A stretch of DNA of 64,000 bases from the NCBI GenBank assembly GCA_003283905.1, contig QBXA01000004.1, positions 11,975 through 75,974 on the forward strand, written 5' to 3'. The stretch's first letter is position 1. Each line of letters starts with the position of its first letter. Shown one piece after another: positions 39,023 to 49,417 of the stretch. The DNA comes from Pelagibacteraceae bacterium AG-319-F18. Lineage in GTDB: Bacteria; Pseudomonadota; Alphaproteobacteria; Pelagibacterales; Pelagibacteraceae. Made by a program: the position numbers and the translations under genes. The notes beneath the pieces are model-generated. The model searched no databases, was not told the origin of the DNA, and worked only from the letters and a program-made list of their open reading frames with translations.

Positions 39023-40867
39023 ATGAAAAAAATTACACTAACTTGTGCTCATGCAATTGTTAAATACTTAATTTCTCAAAAAATATTAATTAATGGGAAA
39101 AAAGAACCTTTGTTTCCAGGTGTATTTGGAATTTTTGGTCATGGAAATGTAGCTTGTTTAGGACAAGCGTTAGAGGAAAATCAAAAAGAACTTCCAACTT
39201 ATAGAGGTCATCATGAACAAAATATGGCTTTAACAGGTATCGGTTATGCTAGGGCAAAAAGAAGGCAGCAGATATTTGTAGCAACATCATCAGTAGGTCC
39301 TGGAGCGACAAATATGGTTACGGCAGCAGCAGTAGCGATGAGCAATCGATTACCAATTTTATTTTTACCAGGAGACACTTATGCAAATAGAATGCCAGAT
39401 CCAGTTTTACAACAAGTAGAACATTTTAATAATCCAGGAATTACAGTAAATGATGCATTTAAACCAGTAACTCGGTATTTTGACAGAATTACAAGGCCAG
39501 AACAAATAATCCAATCTTTTCCAACGGCAGTTCAAACAATGTTGGATCCGGCAGATTGCGGCCCAGCCTGTATAGCTTTAAGCCAAGATGTCCAAGGTCA
39601 GACATTTGATTATCCGGAAGATTTTTTTAAAGAAAAAATTCATACTATTAGAAGACCTAGACCAGATGAATTTCAAATTAAAGAAGCGGCTCAAAAAATT
39701 AAGTCCTCGAAAAATCCAATAATTATTTCTGGTGGAGGAGTTTTTTATTCTGATGCTATGGAGGAGTTAAGCAATTTTGCAATCAAACACAATATTCCAG
39801 TTACTCAAACTGTAATGGGTTATTCTACAATGAAGAGGGATCATTCGCATTATGCAGGTCAAATAGGAGGATTAGGAGGAAAAAATACAAATTCTCTTGC
39901 TAAAAAAACAGATCTCGCGATTGCAGTAGGAACAAAACTAGCAGACTTTACAACAGGATCATGGGCAAATTTTGAAAATGAAAATTTTAAACTTGTTTCA
40001 ATAAATGTTTCTAGATTTGATGCAAACAAACATTTGGCTCAAGCAGTAGTAGGAGATGCAAAAGTTTCATTAAATGAGCTTTCATTAGCGCTTGGTGACT
40101 GGAAAGCAGAAGATGAATGGAATAAAAAATCTCAAGTAGAATTAAAAGCTTGGAATGAGCATGTAGATAATGTGAGCGCACCTTCTAATCAAGAAATACC
40201 AAGTTATGTTCAAGTGATAGGTTCTGTCTATAGAAATTCTGATCCTTCTGATATTGCTGTAACAGCTGCAGGTGGATTAGTTGGAGAAGTGGCCCAAGTT
40301 TGGAGACCTAGAGAATTAAACACTCATGAAACAGAGTGGGGCTTTAGTTGTATGAGTTATGAAATATCTGGAGCTTTAGGAATCAAAATGGCAAATCCTG
40401 ACAAAGAAGTTATTTCTTTTGTTGGTGATGGATCTTATCTTTTAAATAATACAGATATATATTCTTCTGTTATCACTAAAAATAAACTTATCATAATTGT
40501 TTGCGATAATGGTGGCTTTGCAGTTATAAATAGACTTCAATTATTTAAAGGTGGAAAAGAATTTAATAATTTATTAAAGAGCTCAAAAACTCCTGGACTA
40601 GTTGATATTGATTTTGCCAAACATGCAGCAAGTATGGGAGCCAAATCAGAAGAAGTAAGCTCACTATCAGATCTTGAAGAAGCATTTAAGAGAGCAAAAA
40701 AATCAGACATAACTTATGTAATTTCAATAAAAACTCATGCTTATAAATGGATGGAAGGTTCAGCTTTTTGGGACAGTCCAACATTAGAGACACCTATAAC
40801 TGAAGAGAATAAAGAAGCTTTAAAACAGCATAAAGAAGGAAAGTCAAAACAAAGACAAGGCGTATAA
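39023..40867 (+). CDS. iolD: 3D-(3,5/4)-trihydroxycyclohexane-1,2-dione acylhydrolase (ThDP)
   Basis: GIFGHGNVACLG, PDPVLQQVEH, RYFDRITRPEQ, EWGFSCMSYEI, GDGSYL...DNGG. Confidence 0.9.
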   Translation: MKKITLTCAHAIVKYLISQKILINGKKEPLFPGVFGIFGHGNVACLGQALEENQKELPTYRGHHEQNMALTGIGYARAKRRQQIFVATSSVGPGATNMVTAAAVAMSNRLPILFLPGDTYANRMPDPVLQQVEHFNNPGITVNDAFKPVTRYFDRITRPEQIIQSFPTAVQTMLDPADCGPACIALSQDVQGQTFDYPEDFFKEKIHTIRRPRPDEFQIKEAAQKIKSSKNPIIISGGGVFYSDAMEELSNFAIKHNIPVTQTVMGYSTMKRDHSHYAGQIGGLGGKNTNSLAKKTDLAIAVGTKLADFTTGSWANFENENFKLVSINVSRFDANKHLAQAVVGDAKVSLNELSLALGDWKAEDEWNKKSQVELKAWNEHVDNVSAPSNQEIPSYVQVIGSVYRNSDPSDIAVTAAGGLVGEVAQVWRPRELNTHETEWGFSCMSYEISGALGIKMANPDKEVISFVGDGSYLLNNTDIYSSVITKNKLIIIVCDNGGFAVINRLQLFKGGKEFNNLLKSSKTPGLVDIDFAKHAASMGAKSEEVSSLSDLEEAFKRAKKSDITYVISIKTHAYKWMEGSAFWDSPTLETPITEENKEALKQHKEGKSKQRQGV

Positions 40868-40874
40868 TTCTTTT

Positions 40875-42032
40875 ATGAATAAAGTGTTTAAAGTTGGTTT
40901 AATAGGCTGTGGGCATATTTCTGAAACTTATTTTAGAGCCGAAAAATATTTTAATAATATTAAAATTATTAAATGTGCAGATATAAATCGTAAAAACTCA
41001 TTAAAATGTGCAAAAACCTATAAGATTAAAGCATTAACTGTAAAAGAGTTGTTAAAAGACAAAGAAATAGAAATTATTCTCAATCTAACAATACCTAAAG
41101 CACATTATCAAGTAGCAAAAAAAGCTTTAAGTAATGGGAAACATGTTTATTCAGAAAAGCCATTATCTATAAATTTTAAAGATGGAAAAGACCTTTTGAA
41201 ATTAGCAAAAAAGAAAAAACTTTATATTGGTAATGCACCAGATACATTTTTAGGTGGTGGCATCCAAAAATCAAAAGAGATAGTCGATAAAAAAATTATT
41301 GGTAAAATTAATCTAGGAAATGCTTTTTTTGCTTTCCCAGGAGTACAGTCTTATCATCCAAATCCTGAACCTTGGTTTGCAAAAAAAGAGGGTGGCCCAG
41401 TAATTGATATGGGTCCTTATTATTTAACTGCTTTAGTAAATTTACTTGGACCAGCTAAAAAAGTATCAGGTAGTATTGTTAATGGGGTGAAGAGAAGAAT
41501 TATTGGAATAGGACCAAGAAAAAACAAAACATTTAAAGTTGAATGCCCAACAACTTATCTATCTACAATTACTTTTGAGAATGGTTCAGTTATTAGATTA
41601 ACACTATCATTTGATATAAACGCTCATCAAAAAAATCATATTGAACTTTATGGTAACGAAGGTTCGATGATCGTACCAGATCCAAATATGTTTGGCGGTT
41701 CCGTTTATGTTTGTAAAAATTTGGGAGATCCTTGGAAAGAGCACAAAACTAACAAGATGCCTTTAGGAAAAATTAATATTAGATCACAAAGTTCTAGAGC
41801 AAACGAGTCTTCAACAAATGCAAATTATCGAGGAGTAGGATTAGCAGAAATGGCTTATTCAATTCAAAATAAAAAAGTTAATAAATGCAATGGTGAACTT
41901 TCATTACATGTTTTAGATATTATCAAATCTACAATGAAAGCTTGTGTGTCAGGCAAATCTCAATCAATCAAAACAACTTGCACAAAACCTCTACCTTTTT
42001 CTTTAAAACAAATAAGAAAAATACTAAAATAA
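40875..42032 (+). CDS. Gfo/Idh/MocA oxidoreductase
   Basis: GCGHIS, HVYSEKP, APDTFLG, GGPVIDMGPYY, PDPNMFGG. Confidence 0.85.
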   Translation: MNKVFKVGLIGCGHISETYFRAEKYFNNIKIIKCADINRKNSLKCAKTYKIKALTVKELLKDKEIEIILNLTIPKAHYQVAKKALSNGKHVYSEKPLSINFKDGKDLLKLAKKKKLYIGNAPDTFLGGGIQKSKEIVDKKIIGKINLGNAFFAFPGVQSYHPNPEPWFAKKEGGPVIDMGPYYLTALVNLLGPAKKVSGSIVNGVKRRIIGIGPRKNKTFKVECPTTYLSTITFENGSVIRLTLSFDINAHQKNHIELYGNEGSMIVPDPNMFGGSVYVCKNLGDPWKEHKTNKMPLGKINIRSQSSRANESSTNANYRGVGLAEMAYSIQNKKVNKCNGELSLHVLDIIKSTMKACVSGKSQSIKTTCTKPLPFSLKQIRKILK

Positions 42033-42050
42033 TTTTTTGAATAACAATTT

Positions 42051-43073
42051 ATGTCAAAATTAGTAGTTATATCTGATCCTTTTCCCAGAACACTCGAACT
42101 CATTTTTACAAAAAAAAAACTTAAGGAACTTAAATCTAAGTATAAAGTTTTAACTGTTTCAAAAAAAAATCCAAAAAAATTTTATGAAAACAATATACAT
42201 AAAGCTACATTTATAATGGGTCAGCCAAGTTTAGATAAAAAACTTCTATCTAAAGCAAAAAAACTAAAAGCTATTATTAATGTTGAAAGTAACTTTATGA
42301 ATAATATGGACTATGATTATTGTTTCAAAAAAGGCATTCATGTAATAGCAACATCTCCTGTATTTTCAAAACCAGTTGCGGAAATTGCTTTAGGAATGAC
42401 TTTATCCTTATTGCGAAATATCCATACTGCTCATTCAGATTTTATCAAAGGAAAAGAAAGTTATGGGTTAGAGAGTAATCTTAAAGCTTCATTGTTATCA
42501 GAAAAAAAAATAGGACTATTGGGTTTTGGAGATTTAGCTAAATCCTTATATCCACTGTTATTACCATTTACTAAAGATATAAATGTATATGATCCATGGA
42601 TACCTAAAAAAAAAATTAAAAAGTTAGGATTTAACTCAATGAGTTTAAATCAAATGTTTAAAAATTGTGAAATTATCTATGTTTTGGCTACAGTAACTAC
42701 AAAAAATAAAAATCTGATAGATAAAAAATTATTAAATAAAATGAAATCCAATTCATTATTTATCATAATGAGCAGAGCTGCTGTTGTAAATTTTAAGGAT
42801 TTAATCAAACGAGTAAAAAAAGGTGATTTATTTGTTGCAACAGATGTATTTCCAGAGGAACCTGTGACAAAAAATAATCCAATTAGAAAAGTTAAAAATA
42901 TTCTATTTTCAGCACACAGAGCAGGAGCCTTAGAATCAGCCTTCTTTAATATGGGAAATATCGTCTTAAAAGATATGAATTTAATTTCTAAAAATTTACA
43001 ACCAAAATTCTGCAAAAGAGCTGAACATAAAACGGTAGGTTTGTTGGCATCAAAACCTGTTGCAATTAATTAA
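42051..43073 (+). CDS. D-isomer 2-hydroxyacid dehydrogenase family protein
   Basis: GFGDLA, SRAAVV, TDVFPEEP, SAHRAGA. Confidence 0.8.
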   Translation: MSKLVVISDPFPRTLELIFTKKKLKELKSKYKVLTVSKKNPKKFYENNIHKATFIMGQPSLDKKLLSKAKKLKAIINVESNFMNNMDYDYCFKKGIHVIATSPVFSKPVAEIALGMTLSLLRNIHTAHSDFIKGKESYGLESNLKASLLSEKKIGLLGFGDLAKSLYPLLLPFTKDINVYDPWIPKKKIKKLGFNSMSLNQMFKNCEIIYVLATVTTKNKNLIDKKLLNKMKSNSLFIIMSRAAVVNFKDLIKRVKKGDLFVATDVFPEEPVTKNNPIRKVKNILFSAHRAGALESAFFNMGNIVLKDMNLISKNLQPKFCKRAEHKTVGLLASKPVAIN

Positions 43074-43095
43074 TTTTTTTATATTTTCATTATTT

Positions 43096-43845
43096 ATGTC
43101 CATAACAAAAAATCTACTCCTAGAAGCAAAAGGAGTAACAAAATATTTTGGTACCATCACTGCTTTAGAAAATGTCAATTTAAAAATACATGGTGGAGAG
43201 TGTTTGGGAGTTGTAGGAGATAATGGTGCTGGTAAAACTACTTTAATGAAAGTTTTATCAGGGCTTTATAAACCAAGTGCTGGTTCTTTATTTTTTGAAG
43301 GAAATGAAAAAGTTTTAGAAAGCCCAAGAGATTCTCAAAATTTAGGTTTAGAAATGGTTTATCAAGATCTTGCACTTGCTGGAAATCTTCCAATAGGAGA
43401 AAATATATTTCTAGGAAGAGAACCAACAAAAAATTTAGGATTAATAAAATTTTTAGATTTTAAAAAGATTAAAGAATTAACAGATGCTCATTTAGAAAAA
43501 CTAAAAATTAATGTAAAAAGTGCTGATCAAAAAGTTGAAGAACTATCAGGAGGTCAAAGACAGGCAGTTGCAATTGCAAGATCAACAGCATTTAATGCAA
43601 AGGTAGTAATTATGGATGAGCCTACAGCAGCATTAGCAATTAAAGAAGTTGGAAAGGTTCTTGATCTTATTAATAGTTTAAAAAAAACTGGAGTAGGTGT
43701 AATTGTAATTAGTCATAGGATGGATGATATATTTGCAGTATGTGATCGAGTGATGGCTTTATTTCAAGGTACAAATTTTGCAGAATCTGAACTTTCAAGC
43801 ACTTCAAGAGATGAAGTTATTGGATGGATTATGGGTAAAAAATAA
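43096..43845 (+). CDS. Monosaccharide ABC transporter ATP-binding protein, single domain (likely start 43096)
   Basis: GDNGAGKTT, VYQDLAL, LSGGQRQ, MDEPTAAL, ISH. Confidence 0.88.
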   Translation: MSITKNLLLEAKGVTKYFGTITALENVNLKIHGGECLGVVGDNGAGKTTLMKVLSGLYKPSAGSLFFEGNEKVLESPRDSQNLGLEMVYQDLALAGNLPIGENIFLGREPTKNLGLIKFLDFKKIKELTDAHLEKLKINVKSADQKVEELSGGQRQAVAIARSTAFNAKVVIMDEPTAALAIKEVGKVLDLINSLKKTGVGVIVISHRMDDIFAVCDRVMALFQGTNFAESELSSTSRDEVIGWIMGKK

Positions 43846-43847
43846 TC

Positions 43848-44861
43848 ATGGAAGATAAAGATAAAAAAAAAGAGAGCTTACATTTAAAATTAATTCCTTA
43901 TTTTGATAAGTATGGAATTTTAATTTTACTATTATTAATGATAGTAGTAATGCAAATCTTACAGCCAGATGTTTTCCTATCTTGGCGAAATGTTACAAAC
44001 GTTTTTAAACAAATATCATGGCAATCAATGTTGGCTTTAGGGGTTTTTATGGTCATTGTGACTGCTGGAATAGATCTTTCAGTTGGATCTATTATGATGT
44101 TATCTTTAATGGTTTTAGCAATTGTCTCTAAAGCAGGAGCCCCCTGGTTTATAGTAGTTTTAACACCTTTAATAGTTGGATTTTTATGCGGATTGATTAA
44201 TGGTCTAGGTATTACATTGTTAAGAATGCCCCATCCATTCATAATGACATTAGGGACATTATATATTTTTAGAGGTACTGGAAATCTTGTATCAGGAGGA
44301 ACTCCAATTAGTGGTTTTACAGATGAAGTGAGATATTTGGGACATGGCAGAATAGATCTTACTTGGCTGGGATTAGAGAAGTCCCAATATCTTCCTGTAA
44401 GTTTAGTTTTAATTGCTATTGTCTATTTTATTTTTTGGGCTTTCATGAATCATACCAGAACAGGTAAATGGATATACGCTATTGGAGGAAATCCTAATGC
44501 AGCTAGAGCTTCTGGTATAAATGTTAATAAAATTTTAGTAATCGTTTATTCTCTTTGTGGATTTTTATCTGGAATAGGTGCGTTGATTTTAGCTGGAAGA
44601 ACAGATTCAGGATATCCAAACGCTGGACTTCAGTCAGAGCTAGATGCTATAGCAGCATGTATTATCGGAGGAGCTAGTTTTTTTGGAGGAAGAGGAACGG
44701 TGCTTGGAGTATTTGCCGGTGTAATGATTATGGGAATATTAAGAAATGGACTCAATTTAATGGATGTTAGTTCTTTTTGGCAACAAGTTTTAATAGGTTC
44801 TATTATTGTCTTAGCTGTGTATATAGATGTTTTAAGAAGAGATTTAGGAACAAGAAAGTAA
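43848..44861 (+). CDS. Monosaccharide ABC transporter permease (RbsC-like)
   Basis: GIDLSVGS, PFIMTLG, YAIGGNPNAA, ELDAIAACIIGG. Confidence 0.9.
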   Translation: MEDKDKKKESLHLKLIPYFDKYGILILLLLMIVVMQILQPDVFLSWRNVTNVFKQISWQSMLALGVFMVIVTAGIDLSVGSIMMLSLMVLAIVSKAGAPWFIVVLTPLIVGFLCGLINGLGITLLRMPHPFIMTLGTLYIFRGTGNLVSGGTPISGFTDEVRYLGHGRIDLTWLGLEKSQYLPVSLVLIAIVYFIFWAFMNHTRTGKWIYAIGGNPNAARASGINVNKILVIVYSLCGFLSGIGALILAGRTDSGYPNAGLQSELDAIAACIIGGASFFGGRGTVLGVFAGVMIMGILRNGLNLMDVSSFWQQVLIGSIIVLAVYIDVLRRDLGTRK

Positions 44862-44975
44862 ATTACACGTCAAAGTTGTTTTAATATTTTTTGAAAGTAT
44901 TTCTATAATTAGTTGAAATTTTATTAAAAGTTTTATTTAATTTAATTTATTCAAATAACTAAGAGGGAAAAATAA

Positions 44976-45899
44976 ATGAAAAACTTAACAAAAATAATTA
45001 GTGTATTTATTACGTCTGTCTTTCTTTTAGCAAGTATTTCAACAGGAGCTAATGCTGGAAAAAAAATATTATTCAGTATTAAAGGTCCTGGATCAGGAAA
45101 CCCATTTTGGGCATCTGTAGAAAAAGGAGCTAAAGAAGAAGCTGCAAAATTAGGTGTAGATTTAATTTTAGTAGCACCACCTCAAGAAGGTGATGTTCAA
45201 GCTCAGATTAACCAAGTAGAAGATCAACTTGCAAAAGGTGTTGATGCAATAGCACTTGCACCTGGTGATCCAAATGCTTTTGCTCCAATCGTTGATGACG
45301 CTATCAAAAGTGGAGTACCAGTAGTATTTGTTGATACTAAAGGAATTAATGAAGGTGTAACTTTTATTGGAACAAATAACAAAAATGGCGCTGCATTAGC
45401 TGCTAAGTTTATTTGTGATAAAACTCCAAAAGGTGCTGATGTTGCGGTTTTAACTGGAATTGAGTCTCAGTCTACAGCTCTACTTAGAAGAGACGGAGCA
45501 GTTCAAGGACTTAAAGATTGTGGTCTAAATCTAGTAGCTACACAAACTGCAGAATGGGATACAGCAAAAGGAAGATCGGTAACTGAATCAATCATTCTTA
45601 AAAATCCAAATATTAAGGCTATATTTGCATCAAATGACAACATGGGATTAGGTGCTATGCAAGCACTAAAAGATGCTGATATGAATGATGTAGTAGTAGT
45701 TGGATTTGATGCTACTCCAGATGCAGCTAAGAGTATTTTAGCGGGAGAGATGACAGCAACAATTGCTCAGTTTTCTTACAACATGGGTGCTTACGGTGTT
45801 AAATATGCACTTGAGTTAGCTAATGGTGGAAGTATTGATATAAATATTGATACTGGTACTCAATTAGTAACTAAAGAAAATGCTAACGATTTTAAATAG
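44976..45899 (+). CDS. Monosaccharide/cyclitol ABC substrate-binding protein (RbsB-like)
   Basis: Signal peptide; NPFW, FASNDNMGLGA, VVGFDA, TIAQ. Confidence 0.88.
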   Translation: MKNLTKIISVFITSVFLLASISTGANAGKKILFSIKGPGSGNPFWASVEKGAKEEAAKLGVDLILVAPPQEGDVQAQINQVEDQLAKGVDAIALAPGDPNAFAPIVDDAIKSGVPVVFVDTKGINEGVTFIGTNNKNGAALAAKFICDKTPKGADVAVLTGIESQSTALLRRDGAVQGLKDCGLNLVATQTAEWDTAKGRSVTESIILKNPNIKAIFASNDNMGLGAMQALKDADMNDVVVVGFDATPDAAKSILAGEMTATIAQFSYNMGAYGVKYALELANGGSIDINIDTGTQLVTKENANDFK

Positions 45900-45920
45900 T
45901 CTTTAGAAAAAATTAAAATT

Positions 45921-45954
45921 AAAAGGGTGGAATTTTATTCCACCCTTTTTTTTT
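45921..45954 (+). terminator. Rho-independent terminator after the RbsB-like gene
   Basis: AAAAGGGTGGAAT...ATTCCACCCTTTT stem plus T-run. Confidence 0.88.
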
Positions 45955-45972
45955 ATGTAATATAATAACTTA

Positions 45973-46434
45973 ATGTTAATTAATATTAATCCAATCTTGA
46001 GTCCCGAATTACTATTTCATCTAAGATCTATGGGACATGGAGAGAAAATGGTATTAGCAGACGCAAATTTTCCTGCAAATACATCTAATGATAAAGTAAT
46101 AAGATTAGATGGTGTCGGTATTAAAGAAGCAAGTTCAGCAATTCTCTCAGTTTTTCCTCTTGATAGTTTTGTTGTTTCACAAGGTGGATCTCCAGCTTTA
46201 AGAATGGAAGTAGATGATAAACCAGAAGAATTAACACAAACACATAAAGAATTTATTGAAGTAGTTAAAAAAGTTTCTGGTGAAAATTGGAAAGTTGGTT
46301 CCATTTCTAGACATGATTTTTATAAAGAAGCGAAAAAAGCATATTGTATAGTTACAACTACTGACGCTAGACCTTTTGGATGTTTTATTTTAACTAAAGG
46401 CGTAATTTTACCAGATGGTAAGGTTTGGTCATAA
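45973..46434 (+). CDS. RbsD/FucU family sugar mutarotase/pyranase
   Basis: LSPELL, MGHGEKMVLADANFP, RHDFY, ILTKGVI. Confidence 0.88.
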   Translation: MLININPILSPELLFHLRSMGHGEKMVLADANFPANTSNDKVIRLDGVGIKEASSAILSVFPLDSFVVSQGGSPALRMEVDDKPEELTQTHKEFIEVVKKVSGENWKVGSISRHDFYKEAKKAYCIVTTTDARPFGCFILTKGVILPDGKVWS

Positions 46435-46445
46435 ATATTTAACTA

Positions 46446-47357
46446 ATGAAATCTATTTGTATATTTGGAGTTTTTGTTGCTGATTTATGTTTTGTTGGGG
46501 ACAAAATTCCTATCAAAGGTCAAACAATTTTAGGAAAAAAACATATTGTTGGTCCTGGCGGAAAGGGATCAAATCAAGCGATCGCAGCAGCAAGATTAAA
46601 TGGAAATATAAGTTTTATTACTAAAGTTGGAAAAGATAATCATTCTGATATGGCTTTTAATCTCTATAAGGAAGCTGGAGTTAAAACACATGCAATTATT
46701 CAGGATGAAAAACTATTCACTGGAGTTGCTGGTATTATGATTGACAAAGATGGAAATAACGCAATCAACATCATTTCTGGAGCAGCAGGGCATTTAGTTA
46801 ACAACGATATAGATAATCATATAGAAACTATAAAAAATTCTGAAATTTTTCTCACACAAATGGAAACTCCAGACGAAACAACAATTTATGCTTTAAAAAA
46901 AGCAAGAGAGAATAAATGTATTACTATTCTAAATCCTGCTCCTGCAAGAAAAATTGATGAAGAAAATTTTAAATTAATAGATTTTTTTACTCCAAACGAA
47001 ACTGAAGCAGAGTTTTATTTAAATAAGAAAATTGAAACAGAGATAGATATCAAAAATGCAGCTCAAGAACTTTTAAAAAAAGGTATAAAAAATGTAATAA
47101 TTACTCTGGGGGAAAAGGGTATTTATTTTTCAAATAACAAAGAAAATTTTTTTTTAAATGCTTTTAAATTAAATAAACCTGTTATTGATACAACAGGTGC
47201 AGGTGATGCATTTAATGGAGCCTTTTCTGTAGGTTTAGCAAATAATCTAAATATCAAAGAAGCACTAACTTTTGCAAATAAAATAGCAGCTATTTCAACA
47301 ACAAAATTAGGCGCAGCTGCGTCAATGCCTTTTACAAAAGATTTAGTAAATTATTAA
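46446..47357 (+). CDS. rbsK: Ribokinase (PfkB family)
   Basis: PGGKGSNQAIAAARL, LNPAP, TPNETEA, DTTGAGDAF. Confidence 0.82.
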   Translation: MKSICIFGVFVADLCFVGDKIPIKGQTILGKKHIVGPGGKGSNQAIAAARLNGNISFITKVGKDNHSDMAFNLYKEAGVKTHAIIQDEKLFTGVAGIMIDKDGNNAINIISGAAGHLVNNDIDNHIETIKNSEIFLTQMETPDETTIYALKKARENKCITILNPAPARKIDEENFKLIDFFTPNETEAEFYLNKKIETEIDIKNAAQELLKKGIKNVIITLGEKGIYFSNNKENFFLNAFKLNKPVIDTTGAGDAFNGAFSVGLANNLNIKEALTFANKIAAISTTKLGAAASMPFTKDLVNY

Positions 47358-47359
47358 TT

Positions 47360-48355
47360 TTAGTTCTTTTTATTTTTAGACATAGATAAAGCAATTTTAA
47401 AAGAATTTAAAATTGGATCTATGTTAGCTTCATTTTTACCAGCAATAGCAAATGCAGATCCATGAGCAGTAGTAGTCACTGGTACAGTTAATCCACCTTG
47501 AACCGTTACTCCTCTATCAAAACCAAAAGCTTTAAGACCTGATTGCAGTGCATCATGGTACATACCAACCATACAATCATGATTTTTATTTTTATATGCT
47601 ACTACAAAAGATGTATCACATGGTAATGGACCATCTACATTGTATCCAAGTTTTTTTGCTTCTTCTATAGCAGGAATAATTTCATCTTTTTCCTCTGTTC
47701 CAAACTCAGCATGTGGATTAAGTGCTTGAATTGCTATTCTTGGTTTCTTAACACCATTTAGCTCCATGACCTCGTTGATTAGCTTGATTGGTTTCATAAT
47801 ATTTTCTTTTGTAATATGTTGAGCAACTTCTTTAATTGGAATATGGGATGTTACCCTAGCTGTCCAAAAATTATCTATAACATTAAACTCACAACAAAAA
47901 CTGTTTACTTCAAGCTTCTCAGCCATTAGCTGTAATTCATCTGAATGTTTATTTCCTCCAAGTTTTAAACTTGTCTTATTCATTGGAGCAAAATTAATAG
48001 CATCTATTTTTTTTTCTTTTGCAAGGGTCAAAGCTAAATCTAAAGCTTCCAAAACACTTTCACCAGATTCTTTTGATGGTTCTGCTAATTTGTACTTATG
48101 TTTTTTTCCTTTAGAAATATCTAAGAAAAATCTATCTGATTTATTAAAATCAATTTGGTTAAAATTTTCAACTATATCTAAATGATGTGAAAAACCTGTT
48201 ATACTGTTCCCGCTCTCAAATACTTGTTTTTCACCAATGACAACTATATTTGCTTTTTTTGTCATATTATCATTTAAAAGTTTTGAAACCAATTCTGGTC
48301 CGATACCCGCAGGATCACCAAGAAGCAATGCAATATTAATTTTATTTTGGGACAT
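47360..48355 (-). CDS. PdxA-family dehydrogenase (PdxA2-like)
   Basis: GDPAGIGPE, VTSHIP, LNPHA, GMYHD, TAHGSAFAIAGK. Confidence 0.82.
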   Translation of the reverse strand: MSQNKINIALLLGDPAGIGPELVSKLLNDNMTKKANIVVIGEKQVFESGNSITGFSHHLDIVENFNQIDFNKSDRFFLDISKGKKHKYKLAEPSKESGESVLEALDLALTLAKEKKIDAINFAPMNKTSLKLGGNKHSDELQLMAEKLEVNSFCCEFNVIDNFWTARVTSHIPIKEVAQHITKENIMKPIKLINEVMELNGVKKPRIAIQALNPHAEFGTEEKDEIIPAIEEAKKLGYNVDGPLPCDTSFVVAYKNKNHDCMVGMYHDALQSGLKAFGFDRGVTVQGGLTVPVTTTAHGSAFAIAGKNEANIDPILNSFKIALSMSKNKKN

Positions 48356-48422
48356 TTTTTTCTTAAGCTTTGTATCAGATTATGTTTAAATAATTAAATA
48401 TAAACTAACAAAAGAGGGAAAT

Positions 48423-49394
48423 ATGAAAAAAAGTTTTAAACTTTTCTTAGCTACTGCATTCCTAGTGACTGAATTTTTTGTTATAGCGCTACCTATGCTT
48501 ACTACTTCTGCAAGAGCAGATGGTGCTATACAAGCAATTACTCACGCTGGTTTTGGTGGAGGTACAGATGTAACTACTAGAATGATGCTTTTAAGAGCTC
48601 GAAGAGTTCTTAAACAAGATATGCAATTGGTAAACAAAAAAGGTGGAGGTGGAGCTGTATCTATGGATTACATGATGAGCTTACCTGCGGATGGTCAACA
48701 CACTTTAACTTGGACTACTGGTCACGCTGTATCAATGGCTCTAGGTAAAACTAAAGTTAAATTAAGCGATATGCAGCCACTAGCAAGAGGAACTGACGAT
48801 CCTCAATTATTTGTAGTAAATTGTAAAGCAGACATCAAAGACGCTAAGAAATTTATTAGTGCTCAAAAATCAAAATCATTAAAATATGGAACAACTCATG
48901 TTGGTGGAATTGATGATGTAAGTGCTATTGCTTTTACTAAAAAAGGTGGATTAAAAGATCCAACTATTGTTGCTTACAAAGGTGTTGCTCCAATTAAAAC
49001 TAACCTTATCAAAGGAGATATTGATGTAGGTGTTTTAAACTTGGGAGAAGCATTAACTGAAATTAATGAAGGAACACTTTGTGTTTCAATAGTTCTTGCG
49101 AACAATAGAATGGCAAAAATAGGAGATAGTCCAACAGCTACAGAGTTAGGAATACCTGTTGTTTTGTCTACAGTTAGAGGATTTGTAACTAAAAAAGGAG
49201 CTCCAGCTGAAAGAGTTAAAGAGTTAGAAGCTGGAATGATGAAAGCAATGAGCCATAACTATTACAAAAATTTCTTAACAGAAATTGGTCTTGATGAAAC
49301 AAGTGTAGTAGGTGCTGATGAGTGGGGAGCGCAAATGGAAGTAATGCTTGCTGAAATGACTGCTCAACTTAAAGCTTTGGGTTATACAAATTAA
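48423..49394 (+). CDS. tctC: Tripartite tricarboxylate transporter substrate-binding protein
   Basis: Signal peptide; GGGTDVTTR, VNKKGGGG, PADG, PTATELG. Confidence 0.8.
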   Translation: MKKSFKLFLATAFLVTEFFVIALPMLTTSARADGAIQAITHAGFGGGTDVTTRMMLLRARRVLKQDMQLVNKKGGGGAVSMDYMMSLPADGQHTLTWTTGHAVSMALGKTKVKLSDMQPLARGTDDPQLFVVNCKADIKDAKKFISAQKSKSLKYGTTHVGGIDDVSAIAFTKKGGLKDPTIVAYKGVAPIKTNLIKGDIDVGVLNLGEALTEINEGTLCVSIVLANNRMAKIGDSPTATELGIPVVLSTVRGFVTKKGAPAERVKELEAGMMKAMSHNYYKNFLTEIGLDETSVVGADEWGAQMEVMLAEMTAQLKALGYTN

Positions 49395-49417
49395 CTATTT
49401 GTTGTACATTTTTTCAA

